Assembly (NCBI GenBank): GCA_963718665.1
Contig: OY970359.1
Coordinates: 1 to 64,000, forward strand
Origin: an uncultured Phycisphaerales bacterium
GTDB taxonomy: Bacteria > Planctomycetota > Phycisphaerae > Sedimentisphaerales > Anaerobacaceae
DNA length: 64,000 nucleotides
Direction: 5' to 3'
The notes beneath the pieces were generated by a model, which saw only the letters and a program-made list of their open reading frames with translations, did not search any database and was not told the DNA's origin. The translations under genes and the position numbers were made by a program. Of this stretch, positions 57,542 to 64,000 are shown piece by piece. The stretch's first letter is position 1. Every line of letters begins with the position of its first letter.

Positions 57542-59136
57542 ATGGATGATTACAAGCAAATAATAGAAAACGCGAAACCGGGCGATATAATCCCGATTGT
57601 CAAACGAATCGAGATGGCGGACCCTATGGACTTCTTCGCCAAGATAACCGACTACGGCCGGACAAAGAACTGCTGCCTGCTCGAATCAAAAGAATACATT
57701 CGCGGCTCAAGCGCGTTGAGCTTCGGCACAGCCAAACCCGCGCTATACCTTACGGGCAAAGGAAGGGAATTCGAAATCAGGGCGCTGACCAAAACCGGCA
57801 GGAGAATGATTAAATACCTGACCTTCGACCCGAAAAGGTTCGGCTTTTGCGAAACAGCGGACTTCAACGCCGAACGGATTAAAGGAACCATCAGGAAACC
57901 GGCAGGATTGGTTGACGAGCAGACCCGCCTGTCGAGCACAAACCAGATGGATGTCCTGCGTGCGGTGGCTTTCTCATTTCGCCTCGCAAGCAAGCCATTC
58001 CGTGTTACCTGCGGATTGCTCGGCGCGTTAAGCTACGACTTTATCGACCAGTTTGAGAAACTGCCCGCCAACGAAACCGATCTTTTAGGCAATCCCGATT
58101 ACGAATTGTATTTCGCGGACAATATTTTCCTGATGGACCACGAGCGAAATGAGGGCTATGTGGTTGTCAATGTGATAATTACCAACGGCAACAGGGCAGA
58201 GGTAATAAACGAGGCGCAGGAGTGTTTCGACTATTATGAAAATATCGCGAGGTTCGAAACACCCAAAGCAAAAAAATACGAAGCCCCCCTGCCGACCGAA
58301 TCGACCGATACCAGTCAAAAGCAATATGAGCAAATGGTTCGAGATGCCAAACAGCACATACTCGACGGGGACATATTCCAGGTGGTCCTGAGCAGGACAA
58401 AGATTGAACCCTGCATCGATGAGCCGCTGGATGTGTATAAGCGATTGCGTGAGCTGAACCCCTCGCCCTATATGTTTTACATAAACACGCCGAATACGAC
58501 GCTATTGGGGTCAAGCCCCGAATTGAATCTGCGTGTAAGCGGGACGGAGAATCGCAGCGTGGAAATCAGACCGATAGCCGGCACAAAACCGAGGGGCAAG
58601 GTCAACGGCAAACTCGACGCCGATATCGATTTCAGGTATGAAGCGGAATTGAAAATCGACCGCAAGGAATTAGCCGAGCACATGATGCTGGTCGATTTGG
58701 CCAGAAACGACATCGCCCGCGTGGCGCAGCCGGGAAGCAGAATCGTAACGGAACTGCTGACCGTCGAAAAATACGAATCGGTGCAGCACCTGGTCAGCAA
58801 CGTCAAGGGGACATTAGCCAATAATCTCGACGCCTTAAGCGCGTATCTTGCGACGATGAATATGGGAACATTGACCGGCGCCCGAAAATAGAGGCAATGA
58901 AAATCATCAGACAGCTCGAAAAAACTAAACGTGGCTACTATGGCGGCGCGGTTATGTATCTCACAGTTGACGGTCAGTTCGACAGTTGCATAACGATAAG
59001 AAGTTTGCAGATTAAAGACCGCAAGGCGTATGTTCGCGTCGGTGCTGGAATTGTCCACGACAGCGTCCCCAAAACTGAATTCGAGGAAACCGAGCACAAA
59101 GCCGGCTCATGTATGCGGGCTTTAACGAAGAAATAA
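57542..59136 (+). CDS. trpE: Anthranilate synthase component I (apparent 1-nt deletion at about 58881-58883)
   Basis: LLES, GDIFQVVLSR, NPSPYM, PIAGT, EHMMLVDLARND; GTLTGA|PKIEAM..RGYYGG..GAGIVHDS split across two ORFs. Confidence 0.93.
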
Positions 59137-59149
59137 ACGAGGATAAAGT

Positions 59150-59761
59150 ATGAGTAATAAAAAAAGAAAAGTTTTGTTTATCGACAACTTCGATTCGTTC
59201 ACGTATAACCTTGTCGATGACTTTTGCAAACGCGACTGCGACGCGAAGGTTTACAGGGCGGATACGTCAATTGAGGATTTGAAAAAAGTGGCCGATGAGT
59301 TTAAGCCGGATTTATTGGTGATTTCACCGGGGCCTGGAACACCTGCTACCGCAGGCGTAACGCTCGCCGCGATTGATTACTTCAAGGACAAGCTCCCCAT
59401 ATTCGGAGTTTGCCTCGGACATCAGGCAATAGTCGCGTATTTCGGCGGCAAAGTAGGCCACGCCCCTGAGCCGGTGCACGGCAAACCGTCACGCGTAACA
59501 CACAACGGCCAGGGCGTATTCGCCGGCGTTGAAAACCCGTTGCAGGCGGGACGCTATCACAGCTTGTGCGCATTGACGATGCCGGATTGCTTAGAGCCGA
59601 CCGCGTATTTTGAAAGCGTGAATATGGGCATCAAACACAAAACGCTGCCAATATATGGTGTGCAGTTTCACCCCGAAAGCATCTTGACACCCGCGGGCGG
59701 CAAAATCATCGAAAACATTTTGAAAATCGCCGAGGATTACAGCAGTACACGGGGGGGTTGA
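59150..59761 (+). CDS. trpG: Anthranilate synthase component II
   Basis: IDNFDSFTYNL, SPGPG, GVCLGHQ, RYHSL, QFHPES. Confidence 0.95.
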   Translation: MSNKKRKVLFIDNFDSFTYNLVDDFCKRDCDAKVYRADTSIEDLKKVADEFKPDLLVISPGPGTPATAGVTLAAIDYFKDKLPIFGVCLGHQAIVAYFGGKVGHAPEPVHGKPSRVTHNGQGVFAGVENPLQAGRYHSLCALTMPDCLEPTAYFESVNMGIKHKTLPIYGVQFHPESILTPAGGKIIENILKIAEDYSSTRGG

Positions 59762-59763
59762 TT

Positions 59764-60798
59764 ATGGCAACAATAGCCGAATATATTGAACCATTACTTC
59801 GAGGCCAACACCTGACCTTCGAGCAGGCGGGCAAGGTCCTGGATATTATCTTTGAGGGCGAAGTACCCGAAACGCAAATCGCCGCGTTTTTGACGGCGAT
59901 GCGATGCAAGTCGGCTTCCTCTGCCGAACTTGCCGGGCTTGCCAAATCACTGCGGGCTCATTGCGTCAAAGTTGACGCAGGCATTGATAACCTCGTCGAT
60001 ACCTGCGGGACAGGCGGCGCATCAGTGAAGACATTCAATATTTCAACCGCCTCAGCCATTGTTGCCGCAGGTGCGGGCGTTCACATCGCCAAACACGGTA
60101 ACCGTGCCATAACAAGTAAATGCGGCTCAGCGGACGTTTTCGCTGAGCTTGGCGTCAATATCGAGGCCGGGCCGGATATTGTGGCAAAGTGCATAAAAGA
60201 AGCCGGGATAGGTTTTATGTTCGCACCGAAATACCATCCCGCGATGAAATACGTCCAGCCCGTGCGCAAATCACTGGGTTTCAGGACGGTATTCAACATA
60301 TTAGGCCCCCTTGCCAACCCCGCCGACGCACAGGGACAGGTGATGGGCGTCCCCGAACAGGGGCTTATGCCGATTGTAGCCGAGGCACTGCATTTATTAG
60401 GCGTTAAACGGGCGATGATTGTCCACAGCGACGGCCTCGACGAAATCAGCACTATGGGAACTACAAAGATTATGCAGCTCAAGGCAGGCAAAATAACCGA
60501 GTCGATGCTGAACCCGGCTGACTATGGGATTAAAAAGGCCTCGCTGGAAGACCTCAAAGGCAGCGATGCCAAGAGCAACGCCCAAATAGTAAAAAATATA
60601 ATAAACGGAAAAGAAACCGGTGCCAAGAAAGATATTGTTGTGCTAAACGCGGCAGCAGCGATAATTGTAGGCGGACTTGCGGATGACTTTGCCTCGGCAA
60701 TAAAAATAGCCGGACAATCAATCGAAACAGGCAAAGCAATACGACATCTTGAAAAATTAATTGCTGTTTCAAATTTATCCGCCGTGGCAGACGGCTGA
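59764..60798 (+). CDS. trpD: Anthranilate phosphoribosyltransferase
   Basis: DTCGTGG, NISTAS, KHGNRAITSKCGSAD, RTVFNILGPL, GLDE. Confidence 0.96.
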   Translation: MATIAEYIEPLLRGQHLTFEQAGKVLDIIFEGEVPETQIAAFLTAMRCKSASSAELAGLAKSLRAHCVKVDAGIDNLVDTCGTGGASVKTFNISTASAIVAAGAGVHIAKHGNRAITSKCGSADVFAELGVNIEAGPDIVAKCIKEAGIGFMFAPKYHPAMKYVQPVRKSLGFRTVFNILGPLANPADAQGQVMGVPEQGLMPIVAEALHLLGVKRAMIVHSDGLDEISTMGTTKIMQLKAGKITESMLNPADYGIKKASLEDLKGSDAKSNAQIVKNIINGKETGAKKDIVVLNAAAAIIVGGLADDFASAIKIAGQSIETGKAIRHLEKLIAVSNLSAVADG

Positions 60799-60811
60799 GA
60801 AAGGAATTTCA

Positions 60812-61441
60812 ATGAGAATGGTGGCGGTCAAAGTGAAGATTTGCGGCTTCACAAACTATGACGACGCAATGGCGGCGGCGGATATGGGCGCCGATATGCT
60901 CGGGTTCAATTTTTATCCCAAAAGCCCGCGATATATAAAGCCCGCCGACGCCTCGAAAATCATTGACCGGCTGCCCGCCTTCGTTGATATCGTGGGACTG
61001 TTCGTCAACGACACCTTCGAACACATCGAACAGGTAATCGACGAATGCCGTCTCGACTGGGTTCAGTTTCACGGCGACGAAACGCCAAAATACTGTGAGC
61101 AATTCGGAACGCTCAACGTGCGGACAATGAAAGCGATTCGCGTCAAAGACGCAAAAGACATCAAGCACGCGGAGGAATATTACACCGACGCGATTTTGCT
61201 TGACGCCTTTGACCCCAAAAAATACGGCGGAACAGGGCTTGTCTTCGATTGGAACATCATAGGAAACATCAGTAAACGCGTATTTCTGGCAGGCGGCATA
61301 AACGCCGAAAACATAACCAAGGCAGTGGAGCTGGGCATTTACGGCATCGACGTTTGCAGTGGCGTCGAGAGCAAACCCGGCAAAAAAGACCACGCCAAAA
61401 TGCGGAAACTTTTCGACATCATTCAGAACTTGAGAGGTTAG
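60812..61441 (+). CDS. trpF: Phosphoribosylanthranilate isomerase
   Basis: KVKICG, GFNFYPKSPR, QFHGDE, GGTG..FDW, LAGG, DVCSGVE. Confidence 0.95.
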   Translation: MRMVAVKVKICGFTNYDDAMAAADMGADMLGFNFYPKSPRYIKPADASKIIDRLPAFVDIVGLFVNDTFEHIEQVIDECRLDWVQFHGDETPKYCEQFGTLNVRTMKAIRVKDAKDIKHAEEYYTDAILLDAFDPKKYGGTGLVFDWNIIGNISKRVFLAGGINAENITKAVELGIYGIDVCSGVESKPGKKDHAKMRKLFDIIQNLRG

Positions 61442-61450
61442 ATAACGGCT

Positions 61451-62629
61451 ATGAAATACAAAGGCAGATTCGGTGACTATGGCGGTTTTTATGTCCCTGA
61501 GGTACTCATACCGGCGCTCGAAGAGCTTGAAAAGGCGTTTTACCGGTTCTACAAGGACAAGGGCTTCGTTAATGAGCTGTCGCAACTGATGACGGACTAC
61601 GCGGGCAGGCCCACACCCCTGTACCACGCCAAACGCCTCAGCGAATACGTTGGCTTCAACGTGTATCTCAAACGCGAAGACCTGCTTCACGGCGGAGCGC
61701 ACAAGGTCAACAATACGCTGGGCCAGGGATTACTCGCCAAATATATGGGCAAAACAAAGCTCATCGCCGAAACCGGAGCAGGTCAGCATGGCCTTGCCAC
61801 CGCGATGATTGGCGCGTTATTCGGAATGGAAACGAAAATTTTTATGGGCGCAACTGATATCGAACGCCAAAGCGTCAACGTCCACAAAATGAAACTTTGC
61901 GGCGCCCAGGTCATATCTGTCAAAGGCGGCACAAGCACGCTGAAAGACGCGATTAACGACGCCCTTCGATACTGGACAGCCAACGTTAATGATACATTTT
62001 ACCTTTTCGGCACAGCCGCGGGACCACATCCCTACCCGACGATTGTGAAGCATTTCCAGAGCTGCATAGGCAAAGAAACGAGACGGCAATGCCTCCACAA
62101 ACTCGGCCGGCTGCCCGATATGGTCCTTGCCTGTGTCGGCGGCGGAAGCAATGCAATAGGTATGTTCTCCGGCTTCCTCAACGACAAAAACGTCCGCCTC
62201 ATCGGCGTCGAAGCAGGCGGCAGAAGCTTATCGAGCGGCAGACACGCCGCGTCAATTTCAGCAGGCAAACCGGGTATCCTGCACGGGGCAAAGGCATATC
62301 TCCTCCAGAACGCCGAAGGACAGGTCAACGACACCGAAAGTGTCAGCGCAGGACTCGATTACCCCTCCGTCGGCCCTGAACATTGCTACCTCAGCGATAT
62401 TGGCAGGGCCACCTACGTCGCGGTGGAAGATGAAGACGTCCTCGATACATTTGGTTTGATGTGCAGAATGGAGGGCATTTTACCCGCGCTGGAAAGCACG
62501 CACGCAATCGCTTACATAGTCAGCCAGAAAGGTAAACTGCCCGCCAAAACAATCGCGGTCGTAAACCTCTCAGGCCGAGGCGACAAAGACGTTGGTATCG
62601 TTGAAAAATTCAGACCAGTGAAGGACTGA
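61451..62629 (+). CDS. trpB: Tryptophan synthase beta chain
   Basis: [49 protein letters not shown]. Confidence 0.97.
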   Translation: MKYKGRFGDYGGFYVPEVLIPALEELEKAFYRFYKDKGFVNELSQLMTDYAGRPTPLYHAKRLSEYVGFNVYLKREDLLHGGAHKVNNTLGQGLLAKYMGKTKLIAETGAGQHGLATAMIGALFGMETKIFMGATDIERQSVNVHKMKLCGAQVISVKGGTSTLKDAINDALRYWTANVNDTFYLFGTAAGPHPYPTIVKHFQSCIGKETRRQCLHKLGRLPDMVLACVGGGSNAIGMFSGFLNDKNVRLIGVEAGGRSLSSGRHAASISAGKPGILHGAKAYLLQNAEGQVNDTESVSAGLDYPSVGPEHCYLSDIGRATYVAVEDEDVLDTFGLMCRMEGILPALESTHAIAYIVSQKGKLPAKTIAVVNLSGRGDKDVGIVEKFRPVKD

Positions 62630-62630
62630 A

Positions 62631-62664
62631 GAATTGCAGATTTCGGATTGTTGATTGCGGATTG
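62631..62664. repeat. 7-mer array between trpB and trpA
   Basis: GAATTGC-AGATTTC-GGATTGT-TGATTGC-GGATTG. Confidence 0.7.
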
Positions 62665-62681
62665 ATAATAAGGATTGGAAA

Positions 62682-63479
62682 ATGAAATCTTATAAACAAG
62701 TTTTTGCGGAACTCAACCACGCGGCTGTTATACCCTTTTTCGTAGTCGGCGACCCGGATTACAAAACAAGCTTAAAAATTGTCAAATCGGCAATCGACGC
62801 TGGCGCGGACATACTCGAATTAGGCATACCGTTCTCAGACCCGATAGCCGACGGCCCCACAATTCAAAAGGCGGACATCCGCTCGCTCAAAAACGGTATG
62901 ACCGTCAAAAAAGCGTTAAAATTTATCACTGAAATCAAAAAGCACAAGGACATTCCCATCGGCCTGTTGATGTATTACAACCTGATTTTCCAATACGGCA
63001 CAGAGAAATTCTTCCGTGATTTCCACAAAGCGGGAGTCAACAGCGTCCTTGTTGCCGACCTGAGCATAGACGATGCCAAAGAGATTATCGGCCCGGCAAA
63101 GAAAGCCGGCCTCGATACCGTCTTTATGGTTACGCCCAACACTTCAAAAGAGCGATTGAAACTCATTACCTCAAAAACCACCGGCTTTATCTACGCTGTT
63201 TCATTATTAGGCGTAACAGGCAGCCGAAAAACATTATCAACTTCGGTTAAAGGCCTCATCAGCAGAATCAAAAAAGAAACCGATTTGCCTGTATGTGTCG
63301 GCTTCGGCATTAGCACGCCCGAACACGCCGCAAAGGTCGCCAAATCAGGCGCAGACGGCGTTATCATTGGCTCAAAAATCGTAGGACTGATTGAAGACAA
63401 TATCAAAAATAAAAAGAAGTGCCTGAGTGAGACATCGAGGTTTATAAGAAAGGTAAAGTCGGCTATTCCAGAATCCTGA
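62682..63479 (+). CDS. trpA: Tryptophan synthase alpha chain
   Basis: ELGIPFSDPIADGPTIQ, GVTG, VGFGIS, ADGVIIGS. Confidence 0.96.
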   Translation: MKSYKQVFAELNHAAVIPFFVVGDPDYKTSLKIVKSAIDAGADILELGIPFSDPIADGPTIQKADIRSLKNGMTVKKALKFITEIKKHKDIPIGLLMYYNLIFQYGTEKFFRDFHKAGVNSVLVADLSIDDAKEIIGPAKKAGLDTVFMVTPNTSKERLKLITSKTTGFIYAVSLLGVTGSRKTLSTSVKGLISRIKKETDLPVCVGFGISTPEHAAKVAKSGADGVIIGSKIVGLIEDNIKNKKKCLSETSRFIRKVKSAIPES

Positions 63480-63999
63480 CCACCCCCCTGTCGCCATCCA
63501 CCTGGATGGTCTGGCCGGTTTTGATTATTCTTGTCGCGTTGCCTACGTTTACAACGGCAGGAATGCCGTACTCGCGGGCAATAATGGCTCCGTGTGAAAG
63601 CAAGCCGCCCTGGTCCATAACAATCCCGGCAGCGGGGATAAAATACGGTGTCCAGCCGGGGTCAGTGAACGGAGCAACAAGAATCTCACCGGCTTGAACC
63701 TGCTCGTTGTTGTCGGCTCTCAATATCACTCGTGCCTTCCCGCTAACAACGCCGGGGCTTACGGCCAAACCCTTTAACTGTTGGACATCGGCCTTTACTT
63801 CTTCAGGAACATACCTGTCAGGGTCGAACTTACCAATGATTAAATTGGGCGGCGTTATGGACTGCCACTTCTCATACTCGGCGCGACGAGCGGCGATTAT
63901 CTCTTTGATATCGACTTTAGATTGATTCCGTGTCAACTGACCAATTTCCTCCAGCTTAAGGAAGAAAACATCGTCGCTGTCCCCTATTAAAGAGCGGGC
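63463..63999 (-). CDS. PEP-utilising enzyme, His-swivel (mobile) domain; PEP synthase/rifampicin-phosphotransferase-like; 5'-truncated by window edge
   Basis: GLAVSPG..GEILVAPFTDPGWTP..GGLLSHGAIIAREYGIPAV; frame stays open (..DDVFFLKLEEI..) to the window end. Confidence 0.88.
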   Translation of the reverse strand, partial: ARSLIGDSDDVFFLKLEEIGQLTRNQSKVDIKEIIAARRAEYEKWQSITPPNLIIGKFDPDRYVPEEVKADVQQLKGLAVSPGVVSGKARVILRADNNEQVQAGEILVAPFTDPGWTPYFIPAAGIVMDQGGLLSHGAIIAREYGIPAVVNVGNATRIIKTGQTIQVDGDRGVVRILE

Positions 64000-64000
64000 C

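Noticed and set aside
60809..61702. Long antisense ORFs (297 aa here; also 18625-19293, 33949-34587, 44534-45184)
   Set aside because: Shadows or alternative frames of well-supported genes, with no motifs of their own.

Overview
64 kb of bacterial chromosome, most likely Planctomycetota (Phycisphaerae/Sedimentisphaerales-like). This is inferred from a PVC-type small basic protein, a dockerin-like C-terminal domain and the kdsB-pyrG linkage. Main blocks: a MacAB-TolC-type efflux operon; a cellobiose 2-epimerase; a large secreted IPT/Ig-repeat protein; a divergent K+-independent membrane pyrophosphatase convergent with a 12-gene complex-I-like group 4 [NiFe]-hydrogenase operon; a three-gene cassette of secreted tail-fibre-like proteins with a shared N-terminus and swapped C-termini plus a dockerin-bearing partner; an AT-rich multi-GAF kinase/receiver island; a stand-alone HNH-AP2 gene between direct repeats; dacB, dus and TPR genes; an nfeD-nfeD-floA operon; kdsB-[FRG cassette between inverted repeats]-pyrG; a fucose-type sugar ABC/isomerase operon; and an attenuated trp operon lacking trpC. 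A striking second layer is a dense population of small 7-mer/9-mer arrays and palindromes. They sit at gene junctions, bracket apparently inserted genes, and are inserted in frame inside conserved proteins. Four single-base deletions in otherwise intact genes are probably assembly errors. No rRNA, tRNA or CRISPR array was seen.
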